A DNA stretch of 64,000 nucleotides from an uncultured Candidatus Saccharibacteria bacterium (lineage in GTDB: Bacteria > Patescibacteriota > Saccharimonadia > Saccharimonadales > JAGQNJ01). Below, in pieces: positions 20,009 through 30,300 of the stretch. A model generated the notes under the pieces. The model had not been told where the DNA came from, made no database searches, and saw only the letters and a program-made list of their open reading frames with translations. How positions within the stretch are numbered: position 1 is the first letter of the stretch; the number at the start of each line of letters is the position of its first letter. The stretch spans positions 144,924-208,923 of the forward strand of contig CAZEED010000002.1 of assembly GCA_964510945.1 (NCBI GenBank), read 5' to 3'. The translations under genes and the position numbers were made by a program.

Positions 20009-20575
20009 ATGGCGTTTGGAATAACAGATCTTAAAAAAGGCACGATTTTCCAGTTTGAGAGCGATCCGTATAAAGTCGTAGAATATTCTCAAAAAGTAAT
20101 GGGGCGAGGCGGTTCAATCGTTAACGTAAAGATTAAGAGTCTAGTTGACGGCAAGGTGCTAGATAAGACTTTTAAGGGCAATGAGCAGCTTGAGCCGGCT
20201 GATGTTACTAATAAATCGGTTCAATATCTTTATAACGATGGAACGAGCTTTCATTTTATGGACCCAGAATCTTTTGAGCAGTTTGAAGTTCCAGCGAGTA
20301 TCATTGCTGAACAGGCTGGATATCTCAAAGAGTCAGATACTGTGACGCTACAGTTTTTTAAAGATCGAATTATCAATGTTGAGTTGCCAAAAAATGTCTA
20401 TCTAAAAGTGACTTATGCTGAGGATGCCGTTAAAGGTGATACCTCTAGCTCGATTACCAAAGATGCCACACTAGAGACCGGTATTAAGGTAAAAGTTCCG
20501 CCATTTATCAAAACTGGTGATGAAATAAGTGTCGATACCGAATCTGGTGCTTATCGCGAGCGTAAAAAAGTCTAA
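20009..20575 (+). CDS. efp: Elongation factor P (Arg at the modification-loop tip)
   Basis: Full-length colinearity with EF-P. The loop reads QKVMGRGGS where E. coli has VKPGKGQA. Confidence 0.95.
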   Translation: MAFGITDLKKGTIFQFESDPYKVVEYSQKVMGRGGSIVNVKIKSLVDGKVLDKTFKGNEQLEPADVTNKSVQYLYNDGTSFHFMDPESFEQFEVPASIIAEQAGYLKESDTVTLQFFKDRIINVELPKNVYLKVTYAEDAVKGDTSSSITKDATLETGIKVKVPPFIKTGDEISVDTESGAYRERKKV

Positions 20576-20590
20576 GGATACTAGGTAACT

Positions 20591-21301
20591 ATGAGAATAG
20601 ATGAATATTTGGCCAAAAAAGGTCTGGTCAGGTCTAGGTCTCATGCTAAAGATCTAGTTAATAGGGGAAAGGTTCGGGTTAATGGTGATATTGTCACAAA
20701 AGCCGGATACCAAATTAAACCTAGTGATAATTTAGTCGTTGATGAAGCGATTCAGCTAGTTTCGCGTGCCGGTGAAAAGTTAGCCTCTATATACAAGAAT
20801 TTTAACTTAGACTTTAATGAAAAAGTTGTACTCGATGTGGGGTCATCAACCGGAGGTTTTACTGATTTTGCCCTACAAAATGGAGCAGAAAAAGTCATTG
20901 CTGTAGATACTGGCACAGAACAGCTGGCTGAAAAACTTCGGATAGATCCAAGAGTAGAGTTGCACGAGAAAACAGATATTAGAGATTTTTCAGCGCAAAA
21001 CGAATCAATAGATTATATTTTGATAGATGTATCATTCATTTCACTTAGAAAAATTCTGCCTACCGTTAAAGAACTCGCGAACAAGAACACTATTATTATT
21101 GCCATGCTAAAACCTCAGTTTGAAGCAACGATACCTCAAAAGAATAAGGGTGTGATCAAAAATTCTCGTGTTAGAAAAGAGATTCTATCTGAATTTGAGT
21201 CTTGGGTAAAAAGGAGTTTTGTCATTTCTGCGTCTATGGATAGTCAACTTAGCGGGAATAAAGGTAATGTCGAACGGTTTTATCGTCTGCAAAAAACATA
21301 A
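20591..21301 (+). CDS. tlyA: TlyA-family rRNA 2'-O-methyltransferase
   Basis: S4 domain MRIDEYLAKKGLVRSRSHAKDLVNRGKVRVNG plus an FtsJ-type SAM motif VLDVGSSTGGFTD. Confidence 0.88.
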   Translation: MRIDEYLAKKGLVRSRSHAKDLVNRGKVRVNGDIVTKAGYQIKPSDNLVVDEAIQLVSRAGEKLASIYKNFNLDFNEKVVLDVGSSTGGFTDFALQNGAEKVIAVDTGTEQLAEKLRIDPRVELHEKTDIRDFSAQNESIDYILIDVSFISLRKILPTVKELANKNTIIIAMLKPQFEATIPQKNKGVIKNSRVRKEILSEFESWVKRSFVISASMDSQLSGNKGNVERFYRLQKT

Positions 21302-21327
21302 GCGTTCTGTTAAACTCATAAACATAA

Positions 21328-21984
21328 ATGTACTACAAAAGCCGCAATGAAGCTGGACAGTTACTAGCAAAAAAATTGGTAGAAAAATATCGATATGAAA
21401 ACTGCGCTGTAGTTGCCTTGTCGGATGGTGGGGTAATAGTCGGTGCCGAAATTGCTAAAGCCCTTCACTGCGTCTTAACTATGCTACTAACCGAAGAAGT
21501 GAAATTACCTGGCGAGACAAAGCCAATTGCCGTAGTTAATCAAGACGGCGGATTCACCTATAATAATTTGTTCTCCACCGGTGAGCTTGAAGGCTTTACA
21601 GCGGAGTTTCATAATTATCTCGAGCAAGAAAAAATGCAAAAATTCCATGCGATTAATCGTTTACTGGGTGAAGGGGGATTGATTAGAAACGATCTTTTGT
21701 ACGGGCGAAATGTGATTCTTGTGTCTGATGGATTAAATAGCGGGATCTCTTTGGATGCGGCTGCTGACTTTTTAAAGCCGATCAGGATAGAGAGAATGAT
21801 TGTCGCGACTCCGCTGGCCACAGTTCAGGCGGTAGATAGAATGCATATTATGGCTGACGAGATACAGTGTCTTAGTGTAGTAGAGAATTACATGAATACT
21901 AACCATTACTATGACGATAATAAAATGCCCGATCGAGATGTAATACTTCGAACTATCGAAACGATAGTTTTAAATTGGAAATAA
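21328..21984 (+). CDS. Phosphoribosyltransferase-family protein
   Basis: VVALSDGGVIVGAEIA and a PRPP-loop-like VILVSDGLNSGISLDAAADFL. Confidence 0.6.
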   Translation: MYYKSRNEAGQLLAKKLVEKYRYENCAVVALSDGGVIVGAEIAKALHCVLTMLLTEEVKLPGETKPIAVVNQDGGFTYNNLFSTGELEGFTAEFHNYLEQEKMQKFHAINRLLGEGGLIRNDLLYGRNVILVSDGLNSGISLDAAADFLKPIRIERMIVATPLATVQAVDRMHIMADEIQCLSVVENYMNTNHYYDDNKMPDRDVILRTIETIVLNWK

Positions 21985-22632
21985 CTAGAGGATTTTCTTT
22001 AACTTTTTGATATCGATGATTGAAATTATCGAATTATTTGTTTCGATTAGTTTATTACGTTCTAGTGCGACAATTTCTCGCCCAGTGGTTTCGCGTGTGG
22101 CATTAACTGAGCTAGCAATGTCAATACGCCTCAGAGGAGCGGATATTATTATTTTAGATCCGGACTCCTCACCAAATCGCTCAGCCATCAGTAGTAAAAA
22201 GGCGACAACTCGTTCTCTGACAGTCCTGTACTCTAAGTTAATTATCCGAAGACTGTGCATACGATACATGGCGATAACTAAATCAATAAACGGCGGTAAC
22301 GCCTCTTTGTTATTCTGAAGGTAATCTAAATACTCATCTCGATCGACTTTCCAGATTTCTACCGGCGACATTGCTTCATAAACGACTAGCCTATCTTCAC
22401 CTGTAACAGACCAGATTAGTGGAAATATTTCTCCAGCTTTTCTGATAATAAGTAGGTTTTCCTCGCCATACTTTGTGATGTCATAAGCTTTGACGAGGCC
22501 CGACTCGATTAAAAAAACACCCGTAGGTGTTTCGTTGGCTCGGATGATTAATTCGCCTTTTTTGTAGGTTAACTTTCGCCCTTTTTCAAACAGGGCTTTG
22601 AAGGACTTGCGTTGTTTATCGTTTGCAAGCAT
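21985..22632 (-). CDS. Crp/Fnr-family transcriptional regulator
   Basis: N-terminal cNMP-binding beta-barrel (GVFLIESGLVKAY...IRKAGEIFPL) and a C-terminal HTH (IASSVNATRETTGREIVALERNKLI). Confidence 0.8.
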   Translation of the reverse strand: MLANDKQRKSFKALFEKGRKLTYKKGELIIRANETPTGVFLIESGLVKAYDITKYGEENLLIIRKAGEIFPLIWSVTGEDRLVVYEAMSPVEIWKVDRDEYLDYLQNNKEALPPFIDLVIAMYRMHSLRIINLEYRTVRERVVAFLLLMAERFGEESGSKIIISAPLRRIDIASSVNATRETTGREIVALERNKLIETNNSIISIIDIKKLKKIL

Positions 22633-22672
22633 AGCTCAATTATCCCACAGATATACAGTTTAGTCACTCGCG

Positions 22673-22699
22673 TGTGATAAAAATCTCATCGATTGAGAT
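22673..22699. promoter_or_regulatory. Candidate Crp/Fnr-type operator in the divergent promoter region
   Basis: TGTGA-taaaaa-TCTCA at 22673-22688 has one mismatch to TGTGA-N6-TCACA. It overlaps the palindrome ATCTCA-tcgat-TGAGAT at 22683-22699. Confidence 0.35.
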
Positions 22700-22773
22700 A
22701 CAAGGTTAACAGACAAGGTAGTGCTATAGGGTTAGAGTATAAATGTACTTCAATTAATAAAGGAGGTGCGGAG

Positions 22774-23370
22774 ATGAGGGACTTAAAAGATATTGAGCGA
22801 GAGCTAATTAGCGTTGGTTCTTATATCCGTTTTGTCGGCAGACCTGCACTGTGTGAACTTCCAAAGATATTAGTAGATGGCGAGCAAATAAAACACTGTC
22901 TCAACATTCGATACGAAGGAGGAATTGCCTTACTTTGTGTTACTAACTTGCGTGTGCTATTGATTGATAAAAAACCATTCTTTCTGATGCTGGAAGACAT
23001 TCGATATGACATGATCATGGAGGTTGATTATGGGTATCAAATGTTTAGCGGTCAGGTAAAGATGATTATGCCAAATAAAAAGTTGACCTTTAGGGCATAT
23101 AAAAAAGACCAACTCAGAAACATGACAAATTATGTTCAGAGCAGAGTACTTACGTATCGACAACAACACGATGCAGAGCATACCGTCGTTAAAGATAACA
23201 GGCTGGCCCCTAACTTAGCTTTTCCGGCCGAACCAGTTCAAGCTCAGACACCAGTTGAGTATTTAAATAAGAATGCCGATGACACTGATGTTCTGATTTC
23301 GGTACCTAAAGCCATTCACCCATACGTTCAATCAACTTTAACTGTTCGAAAACAGTTATCTAGATACTAG
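22774..23370 (+). CDS. Bacterial PH-domain (YokE-like) protein
   Basis: Start chosen at the ATG at 22774, after AAAGGAGG. LPKILVDGEQIKHCLNIRYEGGIALLCVTNLRVLLIDKK fits the bPH pattern. Confidence 0.55.
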   Translation: MRDLKDIERELISVGSYIRFVGRPALCELPKILVDGEQIKHCLNIRYEGGIALLCVTNLRVLLIDKKPFFLMLEDIRYDMIMEVDYGYQMFSGQVKMIMPNKKLTFRAYKKDQLRNMTNYVQSRVLTYRQQHDAEHTVVKDNRLAPNLAFPAEPVQAQTPVEYLNKNADDTDVLISVPKAIHPYVQSTLTVRKQLSRY

Positions 23371-23377
23371 CTAATTA

Positions 23378-24454
23378 TTAAACGTTAAACCTAAAGTCGA
23401 CAACATCGTCGGGTTGCATGATATAGTCTTTACCCTCAGTTCTGACTTTTCCTGCCGAACGAGCATTGGCTATTGATTCTGCGTCTATTAAATCTTGGTA
23501 GCTTACAATTTCGGTTGCGATAAAACCACGTTCAAAGTCACCATGTATTACGCCGGCTGCTTGCGGGGCAGTCGAGCCTTTTTTAATTGTCCAGGATCGG
23601 ACTTCTTTGGGGCCTGCTGTTAGATAGCTTTGTAAACCTAGCACGTCATAAGCTGTATGGATAAGTTTTACTAATCCAGACTGGTGTTGACCATAGCTCT
23701 CTAACAGTTCATTTGCATCATTTTCATCCAGATCTTTTAATTGACTCTCAAGTTCTGCGCACACAAACAAGGCTTGGGCAGGTGCTACTAATTCTGTGAG
23801 TCTGGTTTGTAAATCTTTATCAGAAAGTCCATTTTCATCGATATTAAATAGGTAAATGGTTGGCTTGGCTGTCAGTAGATGAAGGTCTGAAATTAGTTGA
23901 AGATCAATGTCCTCAACAGAGAAAAGAGGTTTGCCTTCGTTGAGTAAATTATGTATGCGATTTAACTCTTCAACTTGAGATTTTAGTTTTGGATTGGCTT
24001 TGGCTTCTTTTTGTAGTTTAGGTAGTCGATTTTCAACAGTTTGCAGATCCGCTAGGACTAACTCGGTATTTATTATCTCAATGTCTTTCTTTGGATCATG
24101 TTTCTCATCCACGTGAACGATATTATCGTTATCAAATGCTCTTACTACGTGGCAAATGGCATTAGTGGATCGAATATGGGATAAAAACTGGTTGCCCAGA
24201 CCTTCGCCCTTACTTGCGCCTGCCACTAATCCGGCGATATCAACAAAATCTACAGAGGAGGGCACAATCTTTTCTGAAGAATAGATTTTTTCTAATTCAA
24301 GTAAGCGTTCATCAGGTACTGCTACCACACCAGTATTCGGCTCAATGGTGGCAAAAGGGTAGTTAGCGGCCAATACATTATTACTAGTCAGTGCGTTAAA
24401 AAGTGTCGATTTGCCAACGTTTGGCAGTCCTACGATTCCGATTGATAAAGACAT
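23378..24454 (-). CDS. ychF: Ribosome-binding ATPase YchF
   Basis: MSLSIGIVGLPNVGKSTLFNALT (G1), a TGS-like C-terminus, and the conserved end DDVVDFRFNV. The internal ATG at 24454 gives the canonical N-terminus. Confidence 0.95.
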   Translation of the reverse strand: MSLSIGIVGLPNVGKSTLFNALTSNNVLAANYPFATIEPNTGVVAVPDERLLELEKIYSSEKIVPSSVDFVDIAGLVAGASKGEGLGNQFLSHIRSTNAICHVVRAFDNDNIVHVDEKHDPKKDIEIINTELVLADLQTVENRLPKLQKEAKANPKLKSQVEELNRIHNLLNEGKPLFSVEDIDLQLISDLHLLTAKPTIYLFNIDENGLSDKDLQTRLTELVAPAQALFVCAELESQLKDLDENDANELLESYGQHQSGLVKLIHTAYDVLGLQSYLTAGPKEVRSWTIKKGSTAPQAAGVIHGDFERGFIATEIVSYQDLIDAESIANARSAGKVRTEGKDYIMQPDDVVDFRFNV

Positions 24455-24535
24455 AAGACATATTCTAACAGAGGTAGCAAAAATTGACAAATAAATATAA
24501 GTATGATATTATGTAAACAGTAAATATTAAGAAAC

Positions 24536-25504
24536 ATGACCCATCTCACAAAAGAAAGAATACTTAGTCCAGGATTTTTTCATGATTCTTGCAGACGCTT
24601 AGGTGGCGTAGCTCTTTCACTATATGTAAATATGGAACTTGATGATCCTGAAGTCGCATTTAGTAGTAAATGGGCTGATCGCATAAATCGACTTGTTGCA
24701 GAGAAGTTGCAGAAATCAAGAAGTCGCGAGATTAACCTAATACCAGAATACAATCCGGATTTGTTAGAAAGAGTTAAATCGGTCTATAGTCATGTACAGT
24801 ATTGGCATGGGACAGGTCGTTATCATCTTGCTCCTGATGGGAATAAAATTGATATTTTAGAAAGTATTGCTTCTAGCGGACAGATTAAACCCAGTACCGA
24901 TGTACTTACTTCTGGTCAAAATCCGATTGAATCAATATCGGTTGCACCATCTCGGATGTACGCACGTTACTATGCAGAAAGGCACTTCCAGCGTGGTAAA
25001 GGTTTGGCAAATGCTTATGGTAATCTTCATTTTTGGCATGGTGTTTTTGGTACAAGTACGGCGATTGAAGTATTTCGGAATATTGAGTTAATAAAAAATG
25101 GAATGTATAAACCCGATTTTTTAATTAGAGATAATGCCCGTGCAACCCGCCGTGAGCACAATGAAATGCGTAGGGTAGCTCGCGGTGTCGAAAGGCCTGG
25201 CAAAGAGCTTGGTTCTACTATTTCGGGCAACTACCCGATGTTGTTTGGCATAAGGGAAGGTGCTATCGAAGAACCTGCCGAAATACTCGAGTTTTTAGCA
25301 AAGCACGAAACTCGTTCGTTAGAACCTATTCCTTTGGAACTACTAACTCACGTTGAAGTGCCGCAAGAACATGTCAATGAAACTCGTGCAGTTCTAGAAG
25401 CTAACCAAGTGGAATTGTCAGTAATTCCTATGGAGTTGGGCGAAGAATACGTATCTCAGTTTCCATTTACCCAGTTAATTTCAGGCGAAAGATTAGTTAC
25501 TTAA
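24536..25504 (+). CDS. Hypothetical protein (orphan, cytoplasmic)
   Basis: 322-aa ORF with no TM helix and no recognisable motif. Confidence 0.55.
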   Translation: MTHLTKERILSPGFFHDSCRRLGGVALSLYVNMELDDPEVAFSSKWADRINRLVAEKLQKSRSREINLIPEYNPDLLERVKSVYSHVQYWHGTGRYHLAPDGNKIDILESIASSGQIKPSTDVLTSGQNPIESISVAPSRMYARYYAERHFQRGKGLANAYGNLHFWHGVFGTSTAIEVFRNIELIKNGMYKPDFLIRDNARATRREHNEMRRVARGVERPGKELGSTISGNYPMLFGIREGAIEEPAEILEFLAKHETRSLEPIPLELLTHVEVPQEHVNETRAVLEANQVELSVIPMELGEEYVSQFPFTQLISGERLVT

Positions 25505-25640
25505 GTTTTACAAGAATCCTTTAGAGTAACTTAGATCTGAATTAGTTTGTTGTATTTTGAAATCCAAAGAATTAAGCATAGTTACGTATTTACTATATCT
25601 GACTCAAGAATAGGCGTGCCTATATTTTCAAAAAATAAGT

Positions 25641-26063
25641 TTATTCTACAGTTATAGTGCCTTTTATATATGGCGCAAGATGATCGTGCATTCTCCACTT
25701 GCCCTTGTTCTTGAAGGTGAATGTCCAACTTTCACCTGGCTTTAGCTCTCTTTTTGGATCAAATTCTGGGTACAAATCATGAGTTGGATGGATATTGGAT
25801 GCTGGCCAGCGATTGCTTCCACTTTTATTGACGAATGTTATAGCTTCACCAGTTTTTAGGGTTACTTCGTTCGGGCTATACCCATCATCATTCATTACTA
25901 TTGTTGCGACAACTTTTCCGTTAGTTGGGGCTGGTTTTTGTGTCTGAATATGCTCGTTATTTTTACGACTAAGCTGAGAGTAACCGATTACGAATAAGAA
26001 AATTAACGCGAAGAAGAGCAGTGAGATTAATAGATGTTTTTTCTTCATCAGATTGCCGTACAA
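25641..26063 (-). CDS. Membrane-anchored cupredoxin-like domain protein
   Basis: N-terminal TM helix. The C-terminal beta-sandwich pattern is VTLKTGEAITFVNKSGSNRWPASNIHPTHDLYPEFD...GESWTFTFKNKGKWRMHDHLAPYIKGTITVE. Confidence 0.6.
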   Translation of the reverse strand: MYGNLMKKKHLLISLLFFALIFLFVIGYSQLSRKNNEHIQTQKPAPTNGKVVATIVMNDDGYSPNEVTLKTGEAITFVNKSGSNRWPASNIHPTHDLYPEFDPKRELKPGESWTFTFKNKGKWRMHDHLAPYIKGTITVE

Positions 26064-27247
26064 TAAGATTTATATTTTGGCTCGAATTTATCACAAAACT
26101 GACTGAGTTTATCGTCACTCTCGATTATATCTTCAGCTCGATCAGAGATTGTAGCGTAACACCTCTTTTTGTAAGCCGTTGACATTAGATTATTGCAGAG
26201 GTCTAGGGCGGTTTCTTGTGTACTCTCATGCCAAAATGAATTTTGTGAAGCACCCTCTATACAAGTTAGTGCCAATTCATTCGACTTCGCATAACTACAG
26301 TTTTTCTCAACCTTTTCTGAGTCACTAGAGAAGGTTGTACCGACATCTCTTCCCATACTTAAGAAACAAGTTGTCTGGTATTTATTTTCAATCTCAGTGC
26401 ATGCGTTCGCTACTTTGTTATATTTAGTTCCAAATATTGCTATCATTCTCGATGTTTGATAGTTATAGCAAGCAAATTTATATTTTTCGTCGATTTTTGA
26501 AGAATTACACGGGAACAAAGGGTCGTCGCTCAGCCATTCACTACTATGGTAATGGCTGTCTTCTTTATGTTTTTTTGCGTCATTAACCGATAGAGCTCCA
26601 ACAACGTTTTCCATAAAGACGCCTGAATAGCAGGATTCCTTACTGTCAAACATTTTCGGCAAGCCGTCACATCCTTTTAATGCTTCGGGGAGGTCGTAAT
26701 CGTTGTAGGCCATTAAACCGTGGCCTATCCCATGAAAGCACTGATGTGCATAAAAATTATTAATCTGATTTTGACAGATCAGGTTAATGCTTTCGGATAG
26801 ATTTTCTGCACCATGCTCTTTAAAAAAGGCTTCTGTTACTCCATGAGTATAGCCGGACATACATTCGCTGTTGTTTACGCTAAATGCCTTTTCGCCTATT
26901 AACTCATAGTTGAGATGGCCTACTTTATGGACGTATTGATGACAGTCAACTGGGGAGGCCTTAATTTTTGCAATAGTCTCGTCTACGCCGTGTTTTTTCA
27001 GGTATTTTTTCAGCATTTTTTCGTCTGAAAAGATTCCACGGTCATCCCTAGTTACTTGATTACCGTGTACTTGGTTGAAAGCCAAGTTATTTAAGATAAA
27101 AAGAACACAAGCAAAAGCCAGCAACATTGCGATGTATGAATAATATCTAATGTATCTATTCTGCCGGTAAAGTAGGGCCAGCTTAGATAAAAAATTTTTA
27201 GATCTTTGACGTATTTTTAATTGATGGGTTTTTCTATTTTTAGTCAT
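26048..27247 (-). CDS. Membrane-anchored Cys/His-repeat protein (repeated C-x2-3-G/Y-x2-H-G motifs)
   Basis: One TM helix. Motifs include CHQYVHKVGH, CMSGYTHGV, CFHGIGHGL and CYSGVFMENV, plus further spaced Cys. A 16-nt overlap with the downstream cupredoxin gene indicates an operon. Confidence 0.6.
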   Translation of the reverse strand: MTKNRKTHQLKIRQRSKNFLSKLALLYRQNRYIRYYSYIAMLLAFACVLFILNNLAFNQVHGNQVTRDDRGIFSDEKMLKKYLKKHGVDETIAKIKASPVDCHQYVHKVGHLNYELIGEKAFSVNNSECMSGYTHGVTEAFFKEHGAENLSESINLICQNQINNFYAHQCFHGIGHGLMAYNDYDLPEALKGCDGLPKMFDSKESCYSGVFMENVVGALSVNDAKKHKEDSHYHSSEWLSDDPLFPCNSSKIDEKYKFACYNYQTSRMIAIFGTKYNKVANACTEIENKYQTTCFLSMGRDVGTTFSSDSEKVEKNCSYAKSNELALTCIEGASQNSFWHESTQETALDLCNNLMSTAYKKRCYATISDRAEDIIESDDKLSQFCDKFEPKYKSYCTAI

Positions 27248-27379
27248 CGATTATATTCTTCAATTATTTTGATTGTGTCGTTACGTAGCATAAAAAATCC
27301 GATTCAAGCATAAGGTAATCATATAATAAGGCTTTTTGATTAACAATCTTTAAACGTAAGCGTATATGGTGTATCATTA

Positions 27380-30300
27380 TTGCAAAATGAGTATCAGAAT
27401 ATGAAAGATGTTAACTTACCATCAAATGACATTGACGCAGACGATTTAAAGGCTTCTTCGTCAAATAAGTCTGAGGTGATATTTGGTAATGTCCAGAAGA
27501 AGTCTTTTTTTAAGAATAAAAAGGTGCTGGGCATATGTTTGTTGATAATCGGTTTACTGGGCTTATCTTACTTAGGTTTCTTGAATTTTTATAAAACCGC
27601 AGAAAAACAAGGCTTTAAAGATATAGTAATTGGCGATACGACAATCACTAAAGCGGATATTGATAGATATGCTCGAAGTGTCGAGAATTATAAGAAAGAT
27701 AATCCTGATCTAAAATTTAATCAGTCAGCAAGCGAGATAGCTATAGATGATTTAGTGATGAACGCGGCGCTAGTTAAAGAAGCAAAAGAGCGCAACAAGT
27801 CATTAACAGAGGCTGAGCTTAGAAAAATTTATAAGATTCCTAAAACTACAACCGATTATCAAGCAACAATTAAATCCTGGAAGTCTTATGATGGGTCAGG
27901 CTATTTTGTCTATACGGGTGAAGAAAACCTACAATTACGCAAGAAACTAACAGAGGATATTTTGGCGAAGAAATCAATATTTCTAACAGCCGTCAATTTT
28001 GATGCACCATTTTTTAGACTAGAAAAAAATGACAACAAGTTACGGGGTTATCATGAGCAAGCTAAAGAAAGACTAACCAAAGAGTTATTGCCGCTATTCC
28101 AGAAAAAACTTAATAAATCAGAAATAGCTAAAAAAGCCGATGTTAACTATGCCGACAACCAAAAAGAACCAAATGACATCTATAAATTATTTATGAAAAA
28201 AATCGTGACTACCGCCGGTTATATGGAGCAGTATTCATCTTCTTACGTTAGTAATCCTAAATTTAATGATATGAAAACAATTGAAGAATCAGGCAAGCTT
28301 AACGAATCATTCTATGATTTAGAGGATGTTGATTACGGTATTTTAATAAATGACCTAAAAAATACTAATCAGGAAATTGATAAGTTAAAAAACGTTGGTG
28401 ATTATACGGGAGTATTTGCTTCAAAGACAGGTAGATATATGATTGCTAGACTCGAGAAAAAGTCTGGTGGTGATTATTCTAACTGGGAAGAATTCTTAAA
28501 TAAATACAAAGAACAATCAATTCCAAAAGAGAACAAAATCTCTAAATCGTCCCAGAGTAATGCTAAAAAGTCGTCTAATCTTTTTTCACAACTGGTGACT
28601 CCACAGACGGTGAAAGCACAGAGTGGTCCTGCTGATGGGTGCGGCAATCATCAGATTACTGCGTCGATTGCATTAGTCTTTCCGAACGGAGCAAGTGCCC
28701 AAGCACTGGTAGCGATTAGTCAGGCAGCCAATGTGTGCCTGCCTGGAGGTGCTAGCGCGTGGGGTGATGGCTATGCATCGATTAGCGGTACCTGTTGGGG
28801 GTCGCCACCTACTTCATCTTACACTTTGCCATCAGGTTATAGAGTGACTGCTGATCTAACAAGTACATGGAGTCCAAGTGACACGAACGCCTATCATGTA
28901 TGGCAAAGGATGGTTTATTTGACAAGAGATTATAACCCGCCTCCACCAAATAATAATCCAGGAAACCCTGGAGGAAACCCTGGAGGAAACCCTGGAAACA
29001 ATCCTGTAGAGCCGACATGTTCAGTAAACGCGACTCTGTCGCAAAATCCTACTACTCTTCAATACAACGTAACTATTTCTTGGGACAGCGATCATAACCA
29101 AAGTCAATCGCTAAGCTGGTCGGGTTCTGGTAAATCTGGTGTAACCGTAGAACAAAATGTGACGAGTTTTCCGCGGACATATACTGGCACATTTACGAAC
29201 GGAAACTTTGATCCGCCTAGATCCGTGACCTGTTCTGACACAGTTAGTTTAACGACACAACCGCCACCACCGCCACAACAGCCAAGCGCACCAATGTTAC
29301 AGCCTTATATGCGTGTTTATGGCAACGACGTGATTGTAGGTAGTGTCTTTAAAAATGACTTAGGAGAGTGTGATACAACTAATCACGGTCAAGGAATAAC
29401 TGGTGTGACAGGATCTGAAATAATCGATAATAAACGAGTATTTACCGGTGCATCTGGACAGTTTGCAGTTTTTGATAATATTCAGGGCAGTGGACCAGAA
29501 AAATATTATGGGGGTATCAAACGATTTTTTAGCGATAATCAGCGATCTAAAGCCTCTGTGGATAACACTGGTACACTCGGCGGGGCTCCATTAGCAAATG
29601 ATTTAACTTTTGGGAACCACTATAGTAGGTATATTCCTAATAATACGGGACATGGAGTGGACAGTAACTATCCGGACTGGTTTAAAATTAATAGCGGCAG
29701 AGTACCAGGCTATGGTGGCGATAGTGGAGTGCTGATGTGTATACCAAATTATTATGGTGACACACAGGAAGCTGGTGTTACACCAGTAAATGGTGGAAGA
29801 CTGAGTGAAATCGCCAATAGTCTAATAAACCCAATACCTAATGGTCAACGAAAGGTACTTCTAGTTAACGGCGATTTATTTATTGATAAAGATATAAAGT
29901 ACGAGAATACATCGTGGAACAGTGTTTCTGCTATCCCTAATGTTACTGTGATCGTAAAAGGCAATATTAGGATAGACAAAGACGTGACGCAACTAGACGG
30001 AATTTATGTGGCTCAACCTAAAAATTCTGACTCTGGTAATAATCCTAGCGATGGTGGACTAATATATACTTGTTCCCTAACAGATGAACCATACCCAATT
30101 AGAGATCTAAGAGATAATTGTGGCAAACAATTAGTTATCAACGGTTCTTTTATATCTAAAAAAGTAATATTCCATAGAACTAAGGGCTCTGTGCGCTGTA
30201 TGGAACTATTGCCAGCTACAGTCCCTTGTACCCCAGCAGAACCTAATGAAGAAGCAAGTTCGGACAATATCGCAGAAGTCTTCAATTTTAGCCCTGAAGC

